A stretch of 56,832 nt of DNA, filler included, from Dugesia japonica (Eukaryota): NCBI GenBank assembly GCA_001938525.1. It is 6 parts of 6 records of this genome, joined end to end, with 100 filler letters (N's around TTAATTAATTAA, not from the genome) between each part and the next. Parts side by side here need not be neighbours in the genome. Positions count along the whole stretch, not along the records: positions 19,445 to 28,999 come from MQRL01612319.1; positions 29,100 to 38,393 come from MQRL01587606.1; positions 38,494 to 47,905 come from MQRL01629281.1; 3 more parts are not named here. One strand, written 5' to 3'. The notes below the pieces were generated by a model. The model searched no databases, had not been told where the DNA came from, and was given only the letters and a program-made list of their open reading frames with translations. Made by a program: the position numbers and the translations under genes. Positions 25,837-39,726 of this stretch are shown piece after piece (positions within the stretch are counted from its first letter, which is position 1; every line of letters begins with the position of its first letter).

Positions 25837-26204
25837 TATAAATATAAAATTAAATCTTTTTAAAATTACGAAAATAAACTAAGGCTTAGATCAAAAAAAG
25901 TTTCAAAAAAAGGTTTTTTTTTATTTTTATTAAAGTTATAAAAAGTTTTTCCAAAGCATGTTTTTATTTTTTCCATAATTTTTGATTTTATTTTCTTCAG
26001 GAGTTGTTATCAAAAAGATTAAATCCATAACTTTGGAAAAAATAAAAACTATTTTTGAAAAATTTTTTGTAACTTTAATAAAAATTTTAAAAAAGTGAAA
26101 AAAGTTACTCAAAATGTAATTTTCACATTAAACAAAAAAATTTAAATATTAATATAGTAATTTCAAATTTTTTTTGTAGAAATGTTAAAGATAATTGTCA
26201 AAGA

Positions 26205-26452
26205 ATCATGCGCAAAGCATTGATGATTAGATCACATACTTAAATAATTATTGTTCAGGCTGGTCTTTCTAAATCTTTATTATTTTTTTTATTAATTTGA
26301 ATTNGATTGAGATTTTTACATAATCGATTTCATAATGCGGGACTTTAGTACATATATTTTATTCATAGTTTTAAGCAGTTTGCCTGAAGATGACAGATAT
26401 ACTGTTGAAAGTTGTTGCAATGAATAAATATTTAATTAAATGGCATGTTAAG
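26205..26452 (+). repeat. Dispersed repeat of about 250 bp, copy 2, containing a hammerhead-like core at 26380-26420
   Basis: Homologous to 8925-9170. TTGC-CTGAAGA-T-GACAG-ATATA-CTGTT-GAAA-GTTG-TT-GCAA. Confidence 0.7.
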
Positions 26453-27089
26453 TTCTTTATAAAAACAATTTTAAACAAATTTAAACTTTTAGTAGAAATA
26501 ATATGAAATAAATATTAAAAATTCGTAATTATAAATAATTAGGATTATGTATTTTTTTACAAATTGATATGTTATAAAATATTGCAAAAAATAAATAACG
26601 TAAAAATTGAATTATTTATTTAAATTACAATTTTATAAAATTGAACTGTTGTAAAATGTTTTTATTAATTATGATTTTAAATAAATACAAAACTTTGTTT
26701 TAGAATAGAACAATCTGAAAATATTAAATTTTAGCTGAAACATACTGAATGTATTCGGTCAATGCTCTGTGATTAAACGAATTTAAACTAAAATTTAAAA
26801 TTTAAATTAAACCATTTAATACGAAATGGTTATTGTAAATAAACGCCGATTTCAATATTAAATGTAAAAAAATAAACTTTATCTCATTAAATTTGTATAA
26901 CATGAACATATACGTCTCGGTCATCGAAAACGATTTCATCGAAAATATATAATTTTTTTATCAACTTAAAAAAACAAGTTTAAAATATTATTCTTAAATA
27001 ATCACAAACAGGTTCATCAAAAATATATTATATTTTTAGTAGCTGGTGTGCAAATTTTTATTAATAAAAAAAACAAACTTTTTACGTTA

Positions 27090-27640
27090 GATTATTTGCT
27101 ATTGATATTAAATAATCACAAACATTCACATCTGCATCCCAACGACTGACGATACGTAAACATTTTGCTTCAATATCACAATATTTATTTTTCTTTTGAG
27201 AAGGTTTCTCTACGCTTTAGTATTAATCTAATAGTAATTTATTTAAACTTTGTACCTGCTTTATAACCTTAATAAATGTACAAATGGCTGGATGAAGAAA
27301 GTTTATCAATTGCTGAAAACAAAATTTTAACCATACTCTGGATTATTTTTGTACTGATGTCTTAGTCTACTTGATTGTATATCACGCAAAATACATGGAC
27401 TTAAATGAAATTAACAGCCGAAATGTCTTGTTAACGGAAACTCTCTTTCAAATGCATTAATCATTGAAACCTCGAAATCAGTCAAAATAGTTTGAAGATT
27501 GCATTGGCCAGTTAATTCCATTATCTCCTTTAAAAAACGAACATAAGTTTCCTCGCATTTGTTGGAGAGTAAACCAAAGACTAATGGAATTGCCTGGAAT
27601 ACGTCTTATAATGACATACGTCTCACGAAGAGATAGTCAA
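27090..27640 (-). pseudogene. MULE/Mutator transposase fragment
   Basis: AIPLVFGLLSNKCEETY...TILTDFEVSMINAFEREFPLTRHFGC*FHLSPCILRDIQ (DFE and GCxFH motifs). Confidence 0.85.
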
Positions 27641-28999
27641 ACGCATGCATTCTTTTCTCATAACAATAATTAATAAATTTGTTTTAGAAAATATAAATAA
27701 ATTTTGCTTTTATGTTATCGTAAAAAATGATAATATAAAATCATTATTTAAAACTGTTAAAATTAAGCATAAAAATTCTTTTTTAATATAATTACAAAAT
27801 TAATTAGATGCATGTTTGAATTAATAACTTGACATAGTTGTCCGTAGAAAATTATTTAGAATTTAAAATAAATTGAAAAAATATTTGGAAATGTACAAAA
27901 TTAGTATAAATTTTATTTTCAACTTTAAATTTTTATTATAGATTTTTTACAAAGTTATTTTAATTATAATTAATTTTAATAATTATAACGTTATTTTTTG
28001 TTTAATTTTGTTGATAGAAATAATCACGTTAATTATAAAATCATCAAGAGTTGATCAAATAAATTTGTTCAGTAGGTAGAAAATGTCAAATCACCGGAAA
28101 ATCACCCCCCTCTCGGAGATAAATTTTTTTAGAAAAGTTGGTGTAAGAATTTTACATGTAATTAGCGGGAACGATTTAATTATATATTTTTGCTAGTATT
28201 TTTTGTGTGTGCCTAGTTCAACTTATTTTTTTAATGATTTTATTTTATTTTTTTGGATCTAATTTTAGAGGAAAAATTTTTGTCGGAAAATTTTAATGAT
28301 TATTTATATTTGTTTAATTATTTAAACTATATTTATTTTTATGGTTTATTTTTAAATAAACGTAACCATTGAGTAATCATCTGAAATTAACTTTTTGTTT
28401 AAATTAACCAACATTTTCAAATTTTTAAGTAGTTAAGCAAATTTCCTCCTAAGCAATATCAGACTCTCTCTGTCAATATTATTTTTAAGAGCTCCTTTGG
28501 CAAGATTAACATTAGCAATAGTTGCTTCTCGGGTAATTTTTTCCAGATTTCCATAAAATATCATTTAAAAAGTAAAATAATTTAAGTTATTTAAAGAAAT
28601 TGAATTTTTTGCCTGAATTTTCGAAAAAAATAATATAAAAAAGTTTTTCCGCATAAAATGCTTGAAAAACGTTTTGCTAACTAAAAACAGGAAAAATTTA
28701 AAAATACTTACTCCGATTACATAAAATCTCGATAATGAAATTAATCCAATTGCATAATTTGTGTGCAAAATATTTTTCTCAAATAAAAACACAGGAACAA
28801 TGTAAAAACAGTTAAGTAATATGACGTAATATGAGGTCGTAAAAAAGTCTCAACTAAAAACACAGGGATTAAATTATGACATCACTAGACCTAGGGGAGG
28901 TGTGCTGCTCTACTGGTTACCCTGATTACAATAGAACTTTTCATTCAAATGAAATAAATGTAAATTAGTATTTACTTAGTACCGGTAAACAATTTTTTT

Positions 29000-29099
29000 N
29001 NNNNNNNNNNNNNNNNNNNNNNNNNNNNNNNNNNNNNNNNNNNTTAATTAATTAANNNNNNNNNNNNNNNNNNNNNNNNNNNNNNNNNNNNNNNNNNNN
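29000..29099. other. Artificial contig linker
   Basis: 44N-TTAATTAATTAA-44N. Confidence 0.98.
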
Positions 29100-29225
29100 T
29101 AATAATAATAATAATCAGCGAATAAAGTAAGAAAAACAATTTTCATATAACAATTATTTTGTTTTTTTATTATTTAAGTGGATAACCTTTTATTAGGCAC
29201 TTTTTTCAAAACTTAATTTGATGGA

Positions 29226-29446
29226 ATTTTTACAATTTATAATTTTGTATCGTTCAAAAATATTCGAAACTTTTTACCAAATATTCGAATATCAAATAGT
29301 AAATTAACACACACGAATCTATTTGAATATCAAGTATTCGGATATTCAGTTTGGAATCTCTAATTCGCATAAAAAATGAAATTTTTTTTCNNACGCCAGG
29401 GGGGGTTTTAACCCCCTAAATCCCCCCACTTTTGGCTACGTCGCTG
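29226..29446 (-). mobile_element. hAT-type MITE, partial copy, inserted in a mariner
   Basis: Reverse complement of 36959-37135; terminus CAGCGACGTAGCCAA with G/C runs. Confidence 0.75.
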
Positions 29447-29869
29447 GGCAACATCATTGATTTTGACACAGATCTACATCCACAGATGCTTCCAGATTTT
29501 GTTTATCAAACCATTTATTTAGTACAGGACACTCATTATCTTCCACCGAAAAATCATCCATTCTGAAGCTTTCAAACAATATTTTGCAAGTTGCTATTAA
29601 GCCTCCACTAGTATTATATAAATTTCTACAACAGAATTTTTTGATGTTAAAGTGAAACAGCATCACTTCGCACAAATGGTGCTTATTTGGCCGGTACTTC
29701 TCCATCCATAACTATGTGGAAAACATTGTTAAAAATAACAGAAAATATTTTACTGAATATTTTTGAAAAATGCTTAGCATAAATAACAACAGTTAGTTCC
29801 GTCAAATAAATCAATTTTTTTATTAGTACAGCTATTTAGAAAAGGCTCACTTTCAAAGCACACACCTAA
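29447..29869 (-). mobile_element. Mariner 5' fragment
   Basis: TA-TTAGGTGTGTGCTTTGAAAG terminus. N-terminal HTH HHLCEVMLFHFNIKK...FESFRMDDFSVEDNECP. Confidence 0.8.
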
Positions 29870-30829
29870 TATTAAACCTAATTATATTATTGAACATTAT
29901 CATTGGTCTGAAATATTTATTTAATTAAAAATATTTATCAAATTTGTTTGTTATTATTTGATTTTACTAATTTAATGAAAATAATTAATAATTAAATTAA
30001 TTTATTAATTAATTAATTACAGAAAAAATATTAGGCGTACAAGTATGACTCTGCAGATTTTTACGATTTAGAAAATCAATGATAACGGTAAAAGTCAAGA
30101 TAAATATTTTTTACAAATAGTTTCCATCATTAATATCAACATTTCCCCAAATTTTGGGCATTTTATGAATTCAAAATTTCTTTACTGCAAAATGATTATA
30201 AAGTATTATAAATTTATTATAATTAATTTTTACTATCCAATATTATTATCCACTTCAGTGTATATTTTAAAATTTGGACATAGACGTCCCTTAATTAGGA
30301 TGAATGTTTAAATTAATTTTATTTGATTGTGCGATTCTTGCGTTGTGTACATATGCACGTATAATAAGAATAGTATTGCGTTAATATAATAAGTATCGAA
30401 AATAATTTTTTAATATAATAATTATTATAATATTATGATGATGAAAATTCGCATTTGGACAGTGAAACCAGAGATATGATGATTGTTCGGAGACTTGTTA
30501 GACAGATTATTATCAGATGTGGTGTTTCTGAAGTTAAAAATTTGTACAGAATCTTAAAGAACTTCATTGAGTATGAAAAGAAAGATGAAAAATACATTGA
30601 AACAAAAAATTAAAAACTTGGGTAATTAATCTATGCCTAAGTTGGTTTTGTGATTAGCAAATTATTGTTGAAAGTTTTTCAAAAACTATTCGAAAATAGC
30701 TGAATACATCATGTACTGAATAATNNNNNNNNNNNNNNNNNNNNNNNNNNNNNNNNNNNNNNNNNNNNNNNNNNNNNNNNNNNNNNNNNNNNNNNNNNNN
30801 NNNNNNNNNNNNNNTTATTATCAGTACTG

Positions 30830-31290
30830 AAGAAGAAGATAAAACATTTGCAAAAAATAGATAATTTAGCCACTATACATTGTTTCTCAGGATAGTCTAG
30901 AATAACTCCACAGGTTTTGGAAAGATTAGGAATTAAATCGCCAGTTTGGATATTTTATATGAAGAACTCAGCGATGATTTTTGGCATATGTTAACATCTG
31001 AAACTAATCGATATCGCAAACTAACAATCAAAGATAAAAAATTTCGCTGCAAGAAATTTGATGATAAGTGAAAGAAATAAAATGAAAGCATTTTTTGCGT
31101 TTTGTGTATTAATGTCTCAAATATAGAAATCAACAATAAATCAAGCTACTGGCCAAAACGTAGATCAATTGAAACTCCAATATTTCCTAAAACAAAGGAT
31201 TTACACTCAACTTGAACTACTGGTACTCTTCACCACAACTTCAAAAAGTAGCGCAGGATCCTGGTTCAAAGAAAACAGAACTTTCAAATC
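30830..31290 (+). pseudogene. piggyBac transposase fragment
   Basis: LSDDFWHMLTSETNRY...MKAFFAFCVLMSQI...YWPKRRSIETPIFPKT matches the piggyBac ETNxYA...YWS..TPxF region. Confidence 0.7.
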
Positions 31291-32293
31291 GTTAGGTTTC
31301 AGAAGTTAGGTTTCTGAAGTTAAAAATTTGTACAGAATCTTAAAGAACTTCATTGAGTATGAAAAGAAAGATGAAAAATACATTTAAACAAAAAGAAATG
31401 AAATAGAAGAAAGATTTAATAGAATCAAGCTTATAGGTAGCCGATCGCGATCTATACTGCAGGTAACACCTGCACCCGCGGAGTCAGTGTCAGGTCGTCA
31501 AGGATCTGTTCAACTGTGTTTTTTTGCATAAATAAACGTTACATTTTGAGAAAATTTTTTTGATTTTTCCCATCAATTAATCCATATTTAAAACTTAATC
31601 AATATAACAATAACAAAGCTAGTATTACTGAACTGATAATGAAAATAGATTGTATTTCTAATAATAGTTTAAAAGAATTTAGAAAAATGTGGAATTAGTA
31701 AACGAATTTGTTAATAACGAATATTTACTATTAGAAATTGAAAATTATTGAATTAGAATACACAATGGTTTTGCATTTCAGCAGAATTTCATTTATTTAA
31801 TAAACCAATTAAATTTTAATTATAAATTCCAAATAATTTTCAATGTGATGTCCAAATACAACCCCTTCAATACCGAGTAATTTTGTTTGCTTTACTTAAA
31901 TTATGAAATAAAATTTAAACTGCAATCGAATTCTTGAAATACTTCTGAAAATAGTCAAAATAGTATAATATTACTTAAAATTAAGAGTTAATACCATACG
32001 CTTCTAAATTTAGAATTTTAAGAAATTTAGAAAGTTTTTATTCATAATACTTGCTATATTAGTTATAATTTTTACTTTGTTAATTTTTTTAATAATTAAC
32101 AGTGCAAGATTTTATTAATTATTTACTGTANNNNNNNNNNNNNNNNNNNNNNNNNNNNNNNNNNNNNNNNGAACAAAATATGAATATTAAATTAATTACA
32201 TTAACCGCAAGATTTTTAAACATTTAATTTTCAATTATCAACATATTTTTATTTGAAAAATATAATAACTGAATGTTAAAAAATTAAATATAC

Positions 32294-32858
32294 CCATAAT
32301 CCAACAGAGAATAAAGAAAATACAATGGCACTTCTAATATTGTTTATTTGCCAAGGCTTAACATTGTGCAGAATTCCAGTATGGGTGTTTGACCAGCGAT
32401 TTGTAAGATAACAAAACGAAACAAACCATAAAAATGTCCAAAGCCCTACAAATTATAATTATAATGATTACTTTTTTTTAATAAAACCTGAAAATCCAAC
32501 ATCTCCTAGTATTATATGTTTTCTACGTTTAATATTCGAAACATTATCAAAAACTATATCACTAATAATAAAACAAATTGCTCCCAAAAAAGCTATAACA
32601 CCAATGCCAGTTCCAAAACTACACGCACTATTATCTTTATTGTATAAGCATATGTTATTTGAACGACCACCAGATGAAATGCAACCGAAAACAATAATAG
32701 AGAAGAACTTAATGATAATAAATAAATATATACAATGAATCAATTATATAACTAACAAGGCTAATAATCCTACAGATCAGTTGTGGTTTTAATAAAACGG
32801 AAGCGAAATCAAATCGTAAACTAGCTTTAGCAGCTGACATCAAATTTGCAGGATCCAT
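32294..32858 (-). CDS. SYNGR: Synaptogyrin (MARVEL domain). Exons 32858-32757, 32707-32488, 32445-32294; 3' exon(s) not resolved
   Basis: Spliced product MDPANLMSAAKASLRFDFASVLLKPQLICRIISL|FFSIIVFGCISSGG..CLYNKDNSACSFGTGIGVIAFL..SNIKRRKHIILGDVGFS|GLWTFLWFVSFCYLTNRW..RSAIVFSLFSVGLW. GT-AG introns of 49 and 42 bp. Confidence 0.92.
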
Positions 32859-34429
32859 TTGCGCCAAATAATTAATGAACAATATACTTAGTACATAAAA
32901 ACAAACCACTTTTTATAATTAAATTTATTTGAATAATTTTTAATGGAAATTATGCATAACTGCTGTCTTTCAATTTTATTTTAATGAATTAATTATGTAA
33001 TCACAATACATCGAAATCATTTTAAATATGTCTTGTAGAAATCAAAATAAGACCTGAAAATTCATTTTTTTATGTGAATAAATTCATTTGTGGTAATTGA
33101 AACCTGGAATTTCAAATACACAAAGTAATACTGCGAATACAATAAATATAAATTGTATTATAACAAAAATTTATTTGTTTATTTTTGTGGTTTTCTGCTA
33201 GTTTTCTATTTATCGGGAATTAATAATTGTAAACATAATCAACTTTCTTATTCAATGTTTTAATTGATGTTACAAGGATCGATGATAATTTACATAAGAC
33301 TCCATTACTGTTTGAAACAATTTTAAGACTAATAAATTGTGAAAGATTATAAAATCGTTTAAGAATTACTCAATTTTGTGTGGTATTAAGTAGACAGTGG
33401 GAAAAAAATTACTTTCAACCACAAATTACAAGGGTAGCTAAATTTAATAGAGTTTAAATTTCTTGATTTCCTCTAAAATTTATCAGTATCGTTTATTTTA
33501 GTAATGGCGCTAGAGTTTTGATATTTTTCACTTTTAATAATTTTATAAATTTACTTAATTTTGATTTTTCCTGTTGTGTCATATAAAGTGACTAATATTG
33601 ATTGAATGTTATCAAAAATTGTGTTATTTTAAATGAATATTTGAATTTATTGAAATCTGATTTTCAAAATAAATTTATAAAAGAGATTCAATGTGAGTAG
33701 AGCCGGATGATCTGATGTGGAAGATTTCAATTATGTTTTCTAAACTTTCCCTCCATTTAATTGCGCCGTCTTCTTATTTCTTCTACTTTTGTTTTGTTTG
33801 GCAGCGTTACTCTAGCCGAGCTAAGACATGATTAAACTTGAGGAGGATTTTCTAGCCTGCAAGATGGCTTTGTTTATCGTTGCGTGTTAAATATGTATAG
33901 TCCCACTGGCAACCAAATAAAAAATGTCAATCACAAAGAAAATTAATTAAGCCTTATCTAAAAAACTTAAGAGTTAATAATTTTAAATATACAAAATATG
34001 GTGAAAAAGATGCTGCAGAAGATTCTGTGTTGGTGAAAGAAATCGAAGAATGGCTCATCTTTAATGATTTAAACTTAATTGGAATTTCCGAAGCTAGAGT
34101 TTTGTCTAAAACTTTTAAGTGGTAGTTGTTTTTGTTGATACTTTTCCAATAAAAATCAATCAGAAATTATAATAGAGCTCGCTGTCAATAGTTATAGTTT
34201 TTAATGTTTTTAAATNTGACGTCTATCCAATTGCCTAATGCTGGAAATTTTGTTTCAATTTGTTTGTTTAATTTGTATAAACGTAAGGATGACTTTTTGG
34301 AATTTATTGCCTAGTTATGTGGAAGAAGCTCTTTAAAAACTTCTTGCCAGTTCCCCAAGACGCTTAGTGCAACTTTTGTTCTACAAAGACTGACTTTAGA
34401 GACAATTAATAGTGGTCCTATTAGCTTTT

Positions 34430-35092
34430 CCCATGGTTTTTTCACTAAACATCATAAATTGTCGACGTTTTAACTTCTGTCACTATTTATTTCCAAAGTT
34501 GTTGCGCATTGTTGCGTTTATCGAGTGAGTCACGTATCTTGAATTGATCCTTCAAAATATTTTCACTTGACTTATGTGTAATCCATATATCTAAACGGTT
34601 TGTGTATCCAACCTTCAATAAATGGTCATCAATGGTGGTTTTTGGTATATTTAGTATGTCTGATAATTCCCGTGTTGTATGGTGTGGATTATTTTCGACA
34701 AATGTTTTGATCTTATTTTCATCAGTGGTGCTGAGTCAATCAAGATGTTCCTAATCGTCAAGGTTAAAATCACTACTTTCAAACCTAGCAAACCATTTCC
34801 AAGATAAAACACTTTTACTATAAAAAGCGTATATTTTGTTTACTTTTTGAGTGGCATTTTTATTTTTTCGGTAAAAGAAAAACTTCAAATGTCTGGAATG
34901 AATTTTTTTTGGTGTAATACTTTTGATGATTATTTAAACCAATTATTTTATCTTTATTAATTAACATATTTCATTTACCTTTAGAATAGGTATACATGTG
35001 ACTTGTTTTCAATCATTCATATATTAAAACCTATTTTAATTTCACATGTTTAAAATCGACACAAACTTTTCAGGCAGATTTATAATTATAAT
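34430..35092 (-). mobile_element. Mariner 5' fragment, decayed
   Basis: KWFARFESSDFNLDD...FVENNPHHTTRELSDILNIPKTTIDDHL; TIR-like end at about 35055-35092. Confidence 0.75.
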
Positions 35093-35793
35093 TAGTTATT
35101 TCATACCACAATGAGTTTCTTTACCACGCATACACATAATTGATAATAACGATAAATAAGAATAAGTTTATTTCTTTTAAAGTTCTAAAAATATTTTTCA
35201 CTTATAAAATGGCTTTCTAATGTTATATAAGCTCTCAGATAGCTTTGTGCTCTTTTCGTTAAGGACCACGTTAGAATCCATGGTTAAAAGAAATTTAATG
35301 ATTACGTAAGATTTTTTCTAGAATATTTTGATTAAAATGTTCAAAAAATTGTCTATATAAAAAATTTAATATACAAAAGAAAACAGACTGATCAGATCAA
35401 ATGGGAATGCTTTGTATGTAAGAAATGAAAGTTATACATAAAATAAAACGTCATTGAGGTTTAAAAAATATAAGACAAAATTTATTTTCAGTTATTGTTT
35501 TTTTAACATCTATGTCTATATAATACGCATCTAAGAGATCTCACACTTCTCATACTATAGATTATCCTCGCATATGGTTCATTTTTCTTTTAATGTGCTT
35601 ATTTGTATGGATAACACGCACATTATCAATGGAAAAATACGGTTAAACTAGCTAGTTAGTCATAATTAATTATTTATTTATATGTAACATACAATACTAA
35701 ATTATATTTAAAATCAAGCTATAATGATAATTAAAAATTAAACTTAACAAAATTATGAATCCTATAATTTTGTAAACGAATTCTTTTAAAGTA

Positions 35794-36007
35794 CACTAAT
35801 GCCTCGCTTTACGGCCTAGATATGTTCCGGGAAAGTTGGCCGCAAATCGAAAAGCCTTATGACGAATCAATTATTTTGATACAAACCTGTACAAATTCTA
35901 TATGATCTGTTCTAATTTTTTCTAAAATAACGAAGTTTTTAGTTTAAAATGCACATTTTTTTATTTTTATTTCGTTTAAAAAGCGGCCATATAGCAAGGT
36001 ATGAGTG
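35794..36007 (+). mobile_element. Pogo/Tigger-like MITE, diverged
   Basis: TA-CACTAATGCCTCGCTTTACGG ... CCATATAGCAAGGTATGAGTG; same family as 51353-51512. Confidence 0.7.
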
Positions 36008-36958
36008 GATTGCAATTCAAATTTCGAATGTAATATTAACAGTATTATTTAAAATAACCGAAAAAATCTTATAAAACATTATATTTCAATAATCTTTTTC
36101 AAAAATAACTTGAAAAGTAAATGGTANTATGGGAAATATTTTTAATGTATATAATTTATTTAAAATACCAAAATTATTCTCAAATTTTTATTGAATGATT
36201 ATTTTGTTTTATATAACTAATTTAATCAATTTAAAAGAAGGCAATTATATAAACGAATTAAAATTTTTAACTATAATTTATTATTAAACAAATTTTGTAT
36301 ATTTAGTATTTATAAAATACAACGGCGTTATGAGCGAATTTAGATGTTCCACATCACAGTCGTTAAATAATTTGGGACAGAAACTATGTCATCATGGTTA
36401 TTGTATTTGGACACAGGCTTCANNNNNNNNNNNNNNNNNNNNNNNNNNNNNNNNNNNNNNNNNNNNNNNNNNNNNNNNNNNNNNNNNNNNNCGGTTTTTA
36501 GGTGTAACTTAAACTGGTATGGTGAAAGATGCACACATTTTGATGGGCGTTATAATTAACTTTCTTTTAAATTTATTATTTACATTTTTTTAGTTAGCTT
36601 AGCGAGTATATCTAAATATACAATATTGACTATATTCATTCTATTAGTTTTGTTACTTTTAGTAACTTTTGCTACGAAAGTTTTGTAAGTAGGAAATCAT
36701 TTTTAGAAATTTATATATCTATTTTCAATTAATATATAATTTAATAATTTTTAATTTTAACCCATTGATTATGTATAAATATTAGCCATGAAAATATCAA
36801 AAATTATTGATTATATTTTATAAAATTATTTAAAAATGTATATTTAGAATAATTATTTCTATAATTATCGATTTTTAAAAATCTAATAAATGAAACAAAA
36901 TCATAAACCACATAATTTTTATTATGAAATAAAAAAATATGATCTGATCTCCAAATAG

Positions 36959-37332
36959 TAGTGGCGTAGCCAAGGGGGGTTAGGGGGGTTAACCCCCCCT
37001 GGTTTATGAAAAAAGATTCATTTTTTTATGCGACTTAGAGATTCCAAACTGAATAATCGAATATATTTGTGTGTTAATTGACTATTTGATATTCGAATAT
37101 TTTCGAACGATACAAAATTATAAATTGTAAAAATTTAATCTGTACTCTCAGTATATTATAATTATTTATTTATTTTGATGTCTTATACGTTGTCTCCGTA
37201 CTTTAAAAAATCAGCTAATTACGTCATTGTTTAATACTTGGCGTCTTTGTTGTTTTATGTTAGTAAACAAATACAAAAATTTNNACAAAAATTTAATAGC
37301 CCCCCTTTCATATATTCCTGGCTACGCTACTG
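36959..37332 (+). mobile_element. hAT-type MITE
   Basis: TIRs TAGTGGCGTAGCCA and TGGCTACGCTACTG. Second copy at 29226-29446. The 8-bp flanks only partly match. Confidence 0.8.
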
Positions 37333-38393
37333 CACAATAAAAATATAATAATATAAAATTGTGTGAAACCTGGGACTTATTTTGTTTTTTTGCGGATCTC
37401 ATCACAATTTTGATATATTTGTAATGTAAATAGATTCATTTAGCTTTATTTTTCAAAGATAAAAAATTTTTCATTTTTTTAAACTTACGAAATAAATTTT
37501 TAAATTTATGATGAAGCACTTTAATAAATACTGATTAATTTAATTTAAAACCTGAAAAACTATTGATATTTTACACATTTTTTGTTTCATACGACTAATG
37601 GTGAAGTACAAAATTTGAGCAGCGACTCCAGCACGAAAATAAGTTGCACATTCTTGATATAAATAAAGAAGTTTAAGAAAAAAGTATATCCTCAAAAATT
37701 TGAAGAAATTTTCGGCGAAACTGATACTAAGATAATTCATAGATATTTTTTTATGTTTTTTAGTTTGGATTTTAATATTTATTTAAATTATAAAAATATA
37801 ATTTAAAACAGTGATACTCAAAAATAATATAAATTTTTTAAAATCTTTGTGTTTATATTATTATTTAAATTAAATAATTAAAAACTATTATTTAAACAAA
37901 TTTGCTTTTTTAATTTTTTTATTTTATATTTATTTTAATTAAAATCCTAAACCAATTTTTAAAAATTTATAACTTTCTTTATGATAATATTAATCAATTT
38001 AATGTATAAAGTAGAGGCATATGTTTGTTTGTATAAAATTTTATTTGGATACTTTGGTGAAATTAGTGTCGGTTGATTGTGATGCCCTTTATCACGATAT
38101 TACTGAATGCACTCAATATAATGTAATTTTATGTTTTATAAAAAGAATAAAGAAAAATTTTGAGTAAAATACCTTTATTAAAAAATTCAAATCTCTCCAG
38201 AGTTGNCTTATTGCTTTGCCAATTAACTAAAATACTATGCGACTAGCTTTGTATACAAAATATAAATGAAATGCTCGACTCATTATTTACAACACAATAT
38301 TTCTCTATGATAGATTTTAATGATTATAAAGTAGAATTAAAAGAAGAATTCAAAGTGTAAACTACATTTCCAAATCCTTACGAATAATACTAT

Positions 38394-38493
38394 NNNNNNN
38401 NNNNNNNNNNNNNNNNNNNNNNNNNNNNNNNNNNNNNTTAATTAATTAANNNNNNNNNNNNNNNNNNNNNNNNNNNNNNNNNNNNNNNNNNNN
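38394..38493. other. Artificial contig linker
   Basis: 44N-TTAATTAATTAA-44N. Confidence 0.98.
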
Positions 38494-38683
38494 TGACATT
38501 ACTCTGAATCCACAATAAAATGTTTTTCTTGTTGTTTGTGTATTTAAAACAATAAATAAGTGACTCTGTTATCTTAATTTGATTCATTTCAATGTGTATT
38601 GTTCAGTGAAAACTTCTATTCTACATTAATATGAGGATGTATTTTCTAAGCATATTCTATTGATTATAATTATAAACTTTTAG

Positions 38684-39042
38684 TGCATTCTTCTTTGAAT
38701 CGACCTGCAATTCCCACGAAGAAATTGAGAGACACCAGTGAGGAAATGGAGCTCACTTGGGACCTATATTGACTGGCAAAACGTCGATGAGAGGCCGAGA
38801 TGGCCACCGCTAACAGTAAGGTGACTCGTTATAAGAAAAATTGTATCGCTTTCAAGATGGAAGCCGAGGCCTCCCACTTGCAGGAGCGAACTTGGAAGAA
38901 ACAGGTTGAGTCTTTTGCGGAAGTTATCCGATTCAGCCATGACCGAGAGAATAAACTAGTTAATGATATTTTACTTCTCCGAGAAAGAATACCTCTCGAA
39001 CCGTTGATGATCGAGAAGGGGACCCAAACTCATCGGAACTAA
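38684..39042 (+). pseudogene. Orphan 'ORF-A' family, copy 3 (two in-frame TGA)
   Basis: ttttag|TGCATTCT HSSLNRPAIPTKKLRDTSEEMELTWDLY*LAKRR*EAEM...QERTWKKQVESF..DRENKLV. Confidence 0.65.
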
Positions 39043-39164
39043 TTCACATAGTTTTTGTAAATAAAATTGCCGTTCAACTTTTGTTACGAATTTAGTTATT
39101 CATCTTAATGTTTTACTTGGATTTTGCTGTCAGGTTGTTTATATATTAATTTAATTTCTTTCAG

Positions 39165-39547
39165 TGCCTCGCATCGCCTTCCCCAATAACATCCGCAGGT
39201 GCCACCGCATAATGCGCCGTCTGCTGGTTGAGCCCCATCTAAAGCGGAAAACCGATAAAGCTCTGCTTAGACATTTGAACCAACAGGATCGTCTAATTAA
39301 GAAGCTTGACTACATTGTGATAAAACAAAATAACCTAGCAGCGCAGACAAAGGTCTTGGAGAATGAAAATAAAATGTTATTGCAAAGGAAAATAGATTTC
39401 CTCAAGCAATACATTTTTGACCTTTCTCGTCAATTAGGAAAGCCTACCTGGGTCCAATGGGACGACAACGACGACGTCGCCGCCTTCAATTTTTCGATAA
39501 CTCATCCGGACCAGTGGTTAGACCCTGGCGTACTAGACGAGTTATAA
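39165..39547 (+). CDS. Orphan 'ORF-B', coiled-coil-like, starts at a splice acceptor
   Basis: tttctttcag|TG CCT CGC... 127-codon open frame, GC-richer than flanks, no ATG at its start, AATAAA about 12 bp after the stop. Confidence 0.55.
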
Positions 39548-39726
39548 ATGTTATGTTAATAAATGTTTTCAAGTGTCATTGGGTTAAATTTAGGTGTAGG
39601 TAAGGGAAAATAGTGAACCCGAATAAAAAGGCTTATGGGCGCGTACTTCCCATTAAGAGTGAGGTTAACCACCATATGCTGAATACCTAACTTAGGGGCA
39701 TTAAGTTAAATTCTTGAAAGGGTCCC

